The notes under the pieces are model-generated. The model saw only the letters and a list, made by a program, of their open reading frames with translations. It made no database searches and was not told the DNA's origin. This document shows, piece by piece, positions 1 through 6,172 of a stretch of 47,463 bases of DNA. Made by a program: the position numbers and the translations under genes. This DNA is from a virus: the IMG/VR virus record IMGVR_UViG_3300017963_000091, one strand, 5' to 3'. Each line of letters opens with the position of its first letter. The stretch's first letter is position 1.

Positions 1-36
1 CGCGTTCTTTTCGGTCACGCCGCACCCGTGCGGCCA
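1..36. repeat. 36-bp direct terminal repeat of the contig (copy 1)
   Basis: Bases 1-36 (cgcgttcttttcggtcacgccgcacccgtgcggcca) are identical to 47428-47463. A minus-strand ORF reads in frame across the implied junction, so this is a circular-assembly overlap or a short DTR. Confidence 0.95.
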
Positions 37-111
37 CTCTGTCTCGAAGATGCGAACCTGGTCTGAACACGCATCCAAGCGCCGCAGCATTTTCGCGGTA
101 ATCCGTTTCAT
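1..111 (-). CDS. hypothetical protein, N-terminal 37 codons of a junction-spanning gene (continues 47427..47155; about 127 aa in total)
   Basis: ATG 111..109 overlaps the TGA of 108..710 (ATGA). MKRITAKMLRRLDACSDQVRIFETEWPHGCGVTEKNA runs to base 1. Its last 12 codons lie in the terminal repeat and match the start of ORF 47155..47445. Confidence 0.7.
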   Translation of the reverse strand, partial: MKRITAKMLRRLDACSDQVRIFETEWPHGCGVTEKNA

Positions 112-710
112 TTGTCCCGCGCCCCCAATTCGTGATATTCCCGCCAGATGTTCCGCGCCACGTCGCCCCACCGGCACGCGGCAACCACGGCGCGCTCTGC
201 AATGTCGAGATGCTTGCGCATCTCCGCCTCGGCGCGTTGCGCGGATTCCGCCACCGAGTCACGCGTCGCGTCACGCTCGCCGCTGCGTACGTCGGCGGCT
301 TCCTCGCGTGCCGCCAACTCATGCCAGAACGCTTCCGTCGCCGCGTCGGGCAGGGTGTGCGGCACGCGGCTCTCGGCCTTGACCAGCCGCGCCGTCTCGG
401 CCTCGCCTGCGCGGTGATAGAGTAGTTCCTGCTCAGTCATGGCTCGCCTCCTGTATTTCGGCGGATTGCAGCCGCGACACGCATTGCACAGCACCATCGT
501 CGGTCGCTCCCCGTTCGGCCCGCACCAGCCGTAGCCGTAGGGCGAATCGCACAGTTCGCAGAACCCCAATTCGATCTTCGGCGTCACGCTGCCGCGCACC
601 GTGGTATGCGCCAGCCGTGGTCGCCGCGTGCCGTTGCGGACGCGCTCGCCCTCGACGCGACACGCCGCACGGTAGCCACGCAAGCGCCGCTCAAGCGTGT
701 GGGTTCTCAT
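108..710 (-). CDS. hypothetical Cys-rich protein (200 aa)
   Basis: ATG preceded by GGGAGGG. The N-terminal half has Cys pairs (GFCELCDSPYGYGWCGPNG...LCNACRGC) suggesting a zinc-binding module. The C-terminal half is acidic and helical. No family recognised. Confidence 0.7.
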   Translation of the reverse strand: MRTHTLERRLRGYRAACRVEGERVRNGTRRPRLAHTTVRGSVTPKIELGFCELCDSPYGYGWCGPNGERPTMVLCNACRGCNPPKYRRRAMTEQELLYHRAGEAETARLVKAESRVPHTLPDAATEAFWHELAAREEAADVRSGERDATRDSVAESAQRAEAEMRKHLDIAERAVVAACRWGDVARNIWREYHELGARDK

Positions 711-829
711 GGCTTGCCCTCCCTATAGCAAGAACTGCAAAGAAAAAACCCGTAGCTCTTGACAAGCCACGGGCGATGTGGTAGTATTCCTGACGCTCTC
801 GGCGTTATGCGAGCATTGCGGTGGTTCAT
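707..829 (-). CDS. 40-codon leader/upstream ORF candidate running through a terminator hairpin
   Basis: Hand-translated, below the ORF-track cutoff. GGAGG (841..837) lies 7 nt before ATG 829..827. The product MNHRNARITPRASGILPHRPWLVKSYGFFLCSSCYREGKP reads through hairpin 749-773, and its TGA (709..707) overlaps the ATG of 108..710 (ATGA). Confidence 0.35.
   Translation of the reverse strand: MNHRNARITPRASGILPHRPWLVKSYGFFLCSSCYREGKP
739..773 (-). terminator. intrinsic-terminator-like hairpin plus U-tract (copy B)
   Basis: Minus-strand RNA CCCGUGGC-UUGUCAAGA-GCUACGGG forms an 8-bp stem. One pair is G.U and would be a C-A mismatch in plus-strand RNA. It is followed by UUUUUUCUUU and then GCAGTTCTTGC (738..728). 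Confidence 0.55.
759..787 (+). promoter_or_regulatory. sigma70-like promoter, rightward (antisense to the leader ORF)
   Basis: TTGACA (759-764), 17 nt, TAGTAT (782-787). The -35 box lies in the loop of terminator B. Confidence 0.4.
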
Positions 830-1068
830 TTTCGGGCCTCCACATTTCGCTCTCTCTGCCTGTCCGGGCGCGCCGAGAGCACCTACCTCACTTTTTCAGA
901 ACACTCCATAAGATGCGCCAATTCGACATTTCATAGATTATTTGACGTGCCGCTATGCAGAAATTGCGGCCTGTGCAATGGATTAGCAACCGCCCATGTA
1001 TCGGTGCGTCTGATAATGTTGGACGTTGAGGGCGTTGAAGTTAGTATAAAGTTCCCCGCAAGAACTGC

Positions 1069-1103
1069 ACAAAAACGGGCCATGCCGAGATCGGCACGAC
1101 CCG
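1069..1103 (-). terminator. intrinsic-terminator-like hairpin plus U-tract (copy A)
   Basis: Minus-strand RNA CGGGUCGUGCCG-AUCU-CGGCAUGGCCCG forms a 12-bp stem with two G.U pairs that are mismatches on the plus strand. It is followed by UUUUUGU and then GCAGTTCTTGC (1068..1058). It lies ~175 nt downstream of the stop of 1280..1543. Confidence 0.6.
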
Positions 1104-1279
1104 TGGTTGGCAAGCTGACAGGGTGACGTGAAAGTCCAGCCAAAGGTGGCCGATTTGGCCAAGGGCGGGAAATTCGCCTGCCAGCCGCACCAAGTTTTTT
1201 GTTCAGAGCCATTTGGTTTCCTTTGACTCTTCACGTCACGTCCTTAGCTTACCACACGAATCCGCCCGTGTCAAGTCAA

Positions 1280-1543
1280 TTATCGGAATTTTTTTGACAT
1301 TCTGTCGCAGGGTGTCATAAGTGCCGGATGGTACAGGTTTTCCCCGTTGAATTTTCCTTCGGTCATCATGCGGTAGGCGGTCGCGTTGGAGATCATCCGG
1401 CCCGACGGGCGGCCCCAGCCGAGGTGCTTGAGCGCCCACGTCGTCTCGGTGATCCAGCGCAGCCCGTCGCGGTACTGCTTGCGCCCGAACGGCTGCCACG
1501 CGAGAACGAACCCGTGCGGGTGGTCCTCGACGATTGCCACCAT
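1280..1543 (-). CDS. hypothetical protein (87 aa), stand-alone transcription unit
   Basis: ATG 1543..1541 is preceded by GGGGAGA. It has its own TTGACT-17-TACCAT promoter upstream and terminator A downstream. Sequence MVAIVEDHPHGFVLAWQPFGRKQYRDGLRW...; family not recognised. Confidence 0.6.
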   Translation of the reverse strand: MVAIVEDHPHGFVLAWQPFGRKQYRDGLRWITETTWALKHLGWGRPSGRMISNATAYRMMTEGKFNGENLYHPALMTPCDRMSKKFR

Positions 1544-1579
1544 AGCAGTTCTCCCCAAGTGAGGCGAAACGGCATGACG

Positions 1580-1608
1580 ATGGTAGCAAATTGGCGGGGT
1601 GAAGTCAA
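1580..1608 (-). promoter_or_regulatory. sigma70-like promoter, leftward
   Basis: On the minus strand: TTGACT (1608..1603), 17 nt, TACCAT (1585..1580), about 35 nt upstream of ATG 1543. Confidence 0.45.
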
Positions 1609-1701
1609 GGGGAATTCGGGGGAAAAGTTAGGTTTTTTTAAGGTCTGATAACCGGACTTATGTTACTACGCTAACCCGATACGGCTGCGCGGGTTAGGAT
1701 T

Positions 1702-2010
1702 TCACGGCCCGTCCTCGTAACTGTTTCGCGGCGGCGGTTCGCTGCCGTCGGGCAGGTCGGCTGTGGCGATATGCGCCGCCAGCGCACGCAGCTTCTCCGG
1801 GTCGCGGCTGACGTGTGGCGGCAGAATCACCGGCAGCTTGTCGAGCAAGTCTTCTGAGGAAATGGCGCATCCGCGTTCGTAGCATTCATCCGAACACGTT
1901 GGCCGGTTGCGCCGCGTGCATTTCCACACGGTTGTATGGACACCCGGCGCGGTTTCCATTTCTCCGATAATCTCACCCCTGAAGGCGCAGTGGCGCAGAG
2001 GATTTATCAT
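1702..2010 (-). CDS. hypothetical Cys-rich protein (102 aa)
   Basis: ATG 2010..2008 overlaps the TGA of the upstream gene (ATGA), with GGAGG 4 nt upstream. Contains the Cys cluster KCTRRNRPTCSDECYERGC. Confidence 0.6.
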   Translation of the reverse strand: MINPLRHCAFRGEIIGEMETAPGVHTTVWKCTRRNRPTCSDECYERGCAISSEDLLDKLPVILPPHVSRDPEKLRALAAHIATADLPDGSEPPPRNSYEDGP

Positions 2011-2264
2011 GCCGCCTCCAATCCAACGAGTTTCCGACGATCTGCATATGGCGCAGCCAGCACACGCGCGGCCAGCGGCCATCCGTTATCCACGCTACGC
2101 TGATAGATGCCCGCGTGGCTGTCGGGACGTGCCGCGCATTCTTGGCACACCCACACAGCCGGTACGTCGAGCAGCCGCTTCTGCGGGGTCAGTTCGCCGA
2201 CCGTGGACACCGCACCGCAGTCGTCGCACTCGCGGGGCTGGTCGGGATGGTATTCCGGATGCAC
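2007..2264 (-). CDS. hypothetical zinc-ribbon-like protein (85 aa)
   Basis: GTG 2264..2262 is preceded by GGAGGG with a 6-nt spacer. Two CxxC pairs (ECDDCG ... CQEC). The ORF-track start at 2303 is a TTG without an SD. Confidence 0.5.
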   Translation of the reverse strand: MHPEYHPDQPRECDDCGAVSTVGELTPQKRLLDVPAVWVCQECAARPDSHAGIYQRSVDNGWPLAARVLAAPYADRRKLVGLEAA

Positions 2265-2299
2265 GCGCTTCCCTCCACAGGCTTGCAAAAATCTTCGAC

Positions 2300-2539
2300 T
2301 CAAGTTCGGTTTTTCGAGCTACGGCGCGTTTTTTCGGCGGCACTTGGCCGTCGCGGGGGTCTGCCGCCTACACCGCGTCTCGCGGGATTGCGGCCCATGC
2401 GGAACGGCCAGAGCGGGCAGGCCCGGCTCTCGCACTCGCGGACGGCCTTGCACCCGCCGACGCACTCAAGGCAGAACGCCCGTATGGCGCGGCATGGGGT
2501 CAATATGGGTTCTCCCGCAACCAGCGTTGGTGCGCACAT
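2300..2539 (-). CDS. small Cys-rich zinc-finger-like protein (79 aa)
   Basis: The pattern RAIRAFCLECVGG...RECESRACPLWPFRMGRNP (CxxC ... C ... CPLWPFR) is one I recognise from small conserved phage/plasmid proteins of unknown function. Basic C-terminal tail. Confidence 0.65.
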   Translation of the reverse strand: MCAPTLVAGEPILTPCRAIRAFCLECVGGCKAVRECESRACPLWPFRMGRNPARRGVGGRPPRRPSAAEKTRRSSKNRT

Positions 2540-2655
2540 CGAACGTCGCTATCTTTGCCATTGTTGGTTGGTCGCCTGCGTATAAGGGTATAACTCCTAC
2601 GCGGGTTCCAGCCCGCCTCCATCCATGACCGCTTGGGTGCGTTGTCGGTCTTCAT
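2500..2655 (-). CDS. small basic ORF (51 aa), doubtful
   Basis: GGAGGGAG lies just upstream of ATG 2655..2653, 12 nt after the upstream stop. It overlaps the next gene by 40 nt, and the composition is not convincing. Confidence 0.3.
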   Translation of the reverse strand: MKTDNAPKRSWMEAGWNPRRSYTLIRRRPTNNGKDSDVRCAHQRWLRENPY

Positions 2656-2666
2656 ATCTCCCTCCG

Positions 2667-3032
2667 TCATTCGGCAGATTGCGCCGCCCGTTCCCGCGCC
2701 CACTGTATCAGCAGCAGGCCAGCGCGCGTCGCCGCACGCTCGTTGTCGCACTTCTCGCCGCATACGATGTGGCCGAGTTCATGCGCCACGATTTCCTCAA
2801 GCGTGTACGTCTCGCGCGGGTCGGGGTAGCGCACGTCGAGCCATATCTTCGCGCGGCGTATATCGTCGTCGAAGTCTACCCGCGCGCTGACCCATTCCTC
2901 TTCCTCGTCGGGCTTGAGTTCGCGCCGCCCGACGGTGATCTTCCAGTCACGGAACAACGGCACGTGTGCGGTTAGGTTATGCACAATGTTTTCCACGGGG
3001 CATTGCTCCGGGATGCTGGTGTAGACGTTCAT
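2667..3032 (-). CDS. small HExxH zinc-metallopeptidase-like protein (121 aa)
   Basis: GGAGG precedes ATG 3032..3030. Motif IVAHELGHIVCGE (HExxH). The ORF-track N-terminal extension to 3158 has no SD and is low complexity. Confidence 0.65.
   Translation of the reverse strand: MNVYTSIPEQCPVENIVHNLTAHVPLFRDWKITVGRRELKPDEEEEWVSARVDFDDDIRRAKIWLDVRYPDPRETYTLEEIVAHELGHIVCGEKCDNERAATRAGLLLIQWARERAAQSAE
2670..2682 (-). repeat. conserved 13-mer GCAATCTGCCGAA (minus-strand sense), exact copy 1 of 4
   Basis: Plus-strand ttcggcagattgc. It encodes the C-terminal QSAE of 2667..3032 and is followed by TGA. Confidence 0.9.
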
Positions 3033-3088
3033 ACCTCCGCCTTCACTTCCCGCGTTTCGGTGCGTTGCGTCTTCCAGCACAATGCTGG

Positions 3089-3108
3089 CCTTGCCTTGCC
3101 TTGCCTTG
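3089..3108. repeat. pentanucleotide microsatellite (CCTTG)x4
   Basis: ccttgccttgccttgccttg lies in the 116-nt spacer between 3149..3724 and 2667..3032, 57-76 nt upstream of the latter's ATG. Confidence 0.9.
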
Positions 3109-3148
3109 CCGCGCCGCGCCTCGCCCCGCCCAGCCGGGCCCTGCCGCG

Positions 3149-3724
3149 TCATTTCCAAAGCGATACTTCAAACTTGCCGTAGACGCCGCGAAATGTGCCG
3201 AGGCCGCTGGCGATTCCACCGCGCTCGAACATCAGGCGCAATGCGGTTTCGTCAAATACGTCATTCTCGTAAAGCGCAAGGTGAAATTCGAGTTCCCAGG
3301 GCAACGCCACGACGGGTCGCGCCTTGGGATTGGGGATGCCGCCCTTGACCCGCGCCACGCGCCGGTCAAGACTGACGCCGTTCTGCCCGAATCCGGCGAA
3401 AACAATGGGCTTGCCCTTGCGGCGAAGCGGCAGTTCGTATTCCTCTATTGAAACATAACTGAGATACATCTGCGCAAGGGTCTTATACGAGCGACTGTCT
3501 GAAAACAGCTTGACCGCGCTCTTGGTGTTTTCAGCGCACAGGAATGAAAGGATGTTTGCCGAGGGCACGACGAGCGTTTTTCCGTCTTCGGCAAAGTACA
3601 TCTTCTGTTCCGGCATGAGTTCGGTTTTGTTGTCGCCGGGATAACGGTCGAACATGATCGGCCTCAGCCCTGAGAGCCGCACGGTACGCTGCGTCACGCC
3701 TTCCTGCTTCTTCGGCTTTGCCAC
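3149..3724 (-). CDS. hypothetical protein (191 aa)
   Basis: GTG 3724..3722 with GGAGGG 7 nt upstream. Globular-looking sequence; no diagnostic motif recognised. Confidence 0.75.
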   Translation of the reverse strand: MAKPKKQEGVTQRTVRLSGLRPIMFDRYPGDNKTELMPEQKMYFAEDGKTLVVPSANILSFLCAENTKSAVKLFSDSRSYKTLAQMYLSYVSIEEYELPLRRKGKPIVFAGFGQNGVSLDRRVARVKGGIPNPKARPVVALPWELEFHLALYENDVFDETALRLMFERGGIASGLGTFRGVYGKFEVSLWK

Positions 3725-3799
3725 GTTTCTTCCCTCCGTTGCGCCGCGTGTGCGCGGCTAGAAACTCGGCCTCCAGTTCGTCAAAGTCAAACGGGAGTT

Positions 3800-4621
3800 C
3801 TACGCTTGTAACGCTTGGGCTTTCTGTGATTTGATGAGGTGAATGTGGTCTCGGCACCTTGTTCCCTCCGCGGTGATGTCCCATGAAATCAGGCCAAAGT
3901 CTACCAGCCCGCTCATGCGAAGCGCGCCGTATCGGCTACCCATGCCCTGCAACGCTGGCAGCGTCATGGCCGTTACCTTGCGTTGGCCGACATAATGCGA
4001 CGTGCTGCCGTAGTAATGGACGTGTCCGCGTAGTATCCAATCCCCGCGCGGCTGCAACCCGGCCTCGGCCCATATCGAATTCCACAGGGCGTCGCGCTTG
4101 ATTGCCGTCGCGCGCCCGTGCGGGATTTGGCTCCCGCCGATGTGGTGCTTCAGGTCAAAGGTGACTTCGTTCTTACCCACCTTGACCGTTACCCATTCGT
4201 GGTTCCCGATCTTCGCGCCCAGCTTGTCCGCAACGGGGTCTTCCCACGACTCATAGTTCCCCGCGTGATAGGGCGTGCCGCGTACCATGACAATCTGCTT
4301 GGCCTTCCACGGGGCAAGGCAAGCAACCGCCATGTCGGCTTGCTCGTCCCGGTCGGTGGTAACGAGTTCCACGCCCCCGCTGCGTTCTCCGCGCCCGTCA
4401 ACGCAGTCGCCGGATACGAGCAACAGGTCAACAGGCCGAAGTTCCTTTATCTTCGCGGCGTACCAGTTCCATGCCTCGCGCTGAATATCGCCGTATTTTT
4501 GCCAGGCGTGTTTTGTTGTGTTTGGCGCGTGCCACTGGTACTCAGGTGGGGTCAACCCGACGCGGTGCCCGCAATGCAGGTCGCCTAGCGCAACGACGCG
4601 CTTCCGTCTCTGCTTCGCCAT
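3800..4621 (-). CDS. calcineurin-like metallophosphoesterase (273 aa)
   Basis: Motifs GDLHCG, SGDCVDGRGE, GTPYHAG and LRGHVHYY appear in the canonical order of the metallophosphoesterase superfamily. GGAGGG precedes the ATG. Confidence 0.85.
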   Translation of the reverse strand: MAKQRRKRVVALGDLHCGHRVGLTPPEYQWHAPNTTKHAWQKYGDIQREAWNWYAAKIKELRPVDLLLVSGDCVDGRGERSGGVELVTTDRDEQADMAVACLAPWKAKQIVMVRGTPYHAGNYESWEDPVADKLGAKIGNHEWVTVKVGKNEVTFDLKHHIGGSQIPHGRATAIKRDALWNSIWAEAGLQPRGDWILRGHVHYYGSTSHYVGQRKVTAMTLPALQGMGSRYGALRMSGLVDFGLISWDITAEGTRCRDHIHLIKSQKAQALQA

Positions 4622-4650
4622 CTACCGCCCTCCGTTCTGAACCCTGTTCA

Positions 4651-4872
4651 CTATTCGGCAGATTGCTTCACCATCCTTCGCAGCCCGCGTATCGCACGGC
4701 GCAACGCGACACGCGCTAGTCGGTAGGCGCGCAGCATTTCGGCCAGCCGCACCTGACGCATGTAGAGCGCCCAGCCCTTGACGGAAATCAGCCACGCCCA
4801 CGGCTTGCGCTTGATGAGATCGTTGGACTCGCCGAGCGCGTTGTAGGCGTCGCGCTCAAGGTCGTCGGTCAT
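4651..4872 (-). CDS. hypothetical protein (73 aa)
   Basis: ORF with an ATG start. Arg-rich helical C-terminus ending QSAE-TAG inside the conserved 13-mer. Confidence 0.6.
   Translation of the reverse strand: MTDDLERDAYNALGESNDLIKRKPWAWLISVKGWALYMRQVRLAEMLRAYRLARVALRRAIRGLRRMVKQSAE
4654..4666 (-). repeat. conserved 13-mer GCAATCTGCCGAA, exact copy 2 of 4
   Basis: Plus-strand ttcggcagattgc. It encodes the C-terminal QSAE of 4651..4872, followed by TAGTGAAC. It lies 33 nt upstream of the ATG of 3800..4621. Confidence 0.9.
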
Positions 4873-4976
4873 GTGTTTGCTCCAGCGCGGCGTCGCGCTT
4901 CATTTCGTATGCTTCTTCGGGCGTCGGCACGCAGCCCGCGAGTGTGGCGAGCTGACCGCGAGAATTACTACGGTTC

Positions 4977-5147
4977 TCACGGCACACCCACCCAATACAG
5001 TTCAGCGAACGCAGTCCAGAACGCGCGCCAGCCCAGCCAGAGCAGCCAGACAACGCCGCACATGACAACGGCTACCGCCCAAGTTATCAGCGCGCATTGG
5101 GCTACTTTCAGCACGTTCACCCACTCGTCGTCGTTCGGGCGTTTCAT
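4977..5147 (-). CDS. small single-pass membrane protein (56 aa), holin/antiholin-class candidate
   Basis: Hand-translated, below the ORF-track cutoff. ATG 5147..5145 overlaps the TGA of 5144..5413 (ATGA). MKRPNDDEWVNVLKVAQCALITWAVAVVMCGVVWLLWLGWRAFWTAFAELYWVGVP has one long hydrophobic helix. Confidence 0.5.
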   Translation of the reverse strand: MKRPNDDEWVNVLKVAQCALITWAVAVVMCGVVWLLWLGWRAFWTAFAELYWVGVP

Positions 5148-5413
5148 CGCGCTACCACCCTTTTCCGCTCCGCGTAACTCGGATTTCTCACGCGCCGACG
5201 CACCGCCAGCATGAACGTCATGGCTGCGGCCAGACCCGGAAGGGGAGAAAGCATGAACGCAATGAACATCGGCCAGTCCACAGGGTCAGGCGTCACCCAG
5301 CGGCATGTGAGGTAATCGTAGTGCACAAAATCGTATAGTATGCCGCATTGCCAGAACGCGACGCCGCCGAGGGTTACGATGAAGATGTAAACCCCGACGG
5401 CGTTCAGTAACAT
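5144..5413 (-). CDS. membrane protein (89 aa), holin candidate
   Basis: AGGAG precedes the ATG. Hydrophobic segments VGVYIFIVTLGGVAFW and WPMFIAFMLSPLPGLAAAMTFMLAV, then a basic tail RRRVRNPSYAERKRVVAR. Confidence 0.55.
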   Translation of the reverse strand: MLLNAVGVYIFIVTLGGVAFWQCGILYDFVHYDYLTCRWVTPDPVDWPMFIAFMLSPLPGLAAAMTFMLAVRRRVRNPSYAERKRVVAR

Positions 5414-5421
5414 GGCGGCTC

Positions 5422-5847
5422 CTATGCGGACTTCGCCTTGATGATCTTGTCCTTGCGCCGGTTGTCCACGAGCGCGCCACCAGCAGCCGCAAGCGTCAGC
5501 AGTTGCACCGCGCCCGCGATTCCCGCTGTAGGCGTCAGCCCGCCGCCCGCAGCCGTCTGGCCCAGCGCGCCAACGACCCCGACGATCTGCTGGCGCAATT
5601 CGTACTGCTGTTCGAGGTCGGCTTTTGCGACCTCAAGCGATTTCAGCTTGGCCTTGTAGTCGGCCTTGATAACCGCCGCCTCGCGCTGCAACTCCACGGC
5701 GGTCACTTTTTCGCCGGGGTTCAGCACGCTCTGCGTCGTCGGCTGGCAGCCCGCGAACGCGACGGCAATCAGCAACGCCACAACCAACGCAGTGCTGAGA
5801 TAGCGGTTGTGGTCAATCCACTTCAACGCCTTGTGCAGCCCGTCCAT
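5422..5847 (-). CDS. unimolecular-spanin-like protein (141 aa)
   Basis: N-terminal hydrophobic signal ending in a lipobox-like AFAG|C, a helical middle, and a C-terminal TM segment (AGIAGAVQLLTLAAAGGALV) with a basic tail. This matches the T1 gp11-type u-spanin architecture. Adjacent to holin-like genes. Confidence 0.5.
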   Translation of the reverse strand: MDGLHKALKWIDHNRYLSTALVVALLIAVAFAGCQPTTQSVLNPGEKVTAVELQREAAVIKADYKAKLKSLEVAKADLEQQYELRQQIVGVVGALGQTAAGGGLTPTAGIAGAVQLLTLAAAGGALVDNRRKDKIIKAKSA

Positions 5848-5866
5848 GTCGGTCCTCCTTTCACCT

Positions 5867-5879
5867 TTCGGCAGATTGC
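5867..5879 (-). repeat. conserved 13-mer GCAATCTGCCGAA, exact copy 3 of 4
   Basis: Plus-strand ttcggcagattgc. Its first G is the last base of the TAG stop of 5879..6172. It lies 19 nt upstream of the ATG of 5422..5847. Confidence 0.9.
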
Positions 5880-6172
5880 TACTTCGTCGTGAAGTGCCCC
5901 ACCAACCACCAGAACGCGGCGGCCAGCGTACCCGCCAGCGCGCCCCAGAACTTGCTATGGTAGTTCATGTCGCGGCGCATCGCGGCGATCAACTCGCCGT
6001 GGTCATCGAGCTTGTTGTCTACGCGCCGCAATAGCGATTCCTGTGATTTGACCAGCGCGTGAGTTTCGGATAGCGAACGCACAATCTCGGTATGCTCGCC
6101 ACAGAAGCCCCGTGTCAGGTTCGGCGGCGGGTCGCGTAGTTGCGTCTCAGCGTCGTGTATGCCTTCGCCCAT
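5879..6172 (-). CDS. tail-anchored membrane protein (97 aa)
   Basis: Soluble helical N-terminal part and a single C-terminal TM (FWGALAGTLAAAFWWLVGHF). The ATG overlaps the stop of the ATP-grasp gene (TGATG). Confidence 0.6.
   Translation of the reverse strand: MGEGIHDAETQLRDPPPNLTRGFCGEHTEIVRSLSETHALVKSQESLLRRVDNKLDDHGELIAAMRRDMNYHSKFWGALAGTLAAAFWWLVGHFTTK

Noticed and set aside
821-1212. ORFs 821..1126(+), 931..1212(-) and 983..1234(-) in the less GC-rich region
   Set aside because: Composition is not protein-like, and they run through terminator hairpins. 931..1212 does have an AAAGGAAA SD, so it is not fully excluded. I left them uncalled and flagged the region as possibly non-coding RNA.
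1294-1322. Plus-strand TTGACA (1294-1299) as a promoter antisense to 1280..1543
   Set aside because: No acceptable -10 box lies 16-18 nt downstream (CATAAG/ATAAGT), and the downstream plus-strand ORF 1328..1648 is Arg/Pro-rich and not credible.
5879-5881. TAG stop-codon reassignment or read-through (TAG followed in frame by QSAE-R-TGA; several genes end GAA-TAG)
   Set aside because: All large genes (1335 aa, TerL, portal, MCP and others) are intact under the standard code. TAG-terminated ORFs abut properly spaced SD-ATG starts. I interpret the pattern as a nucleotide-level boundary motif, not recoding.
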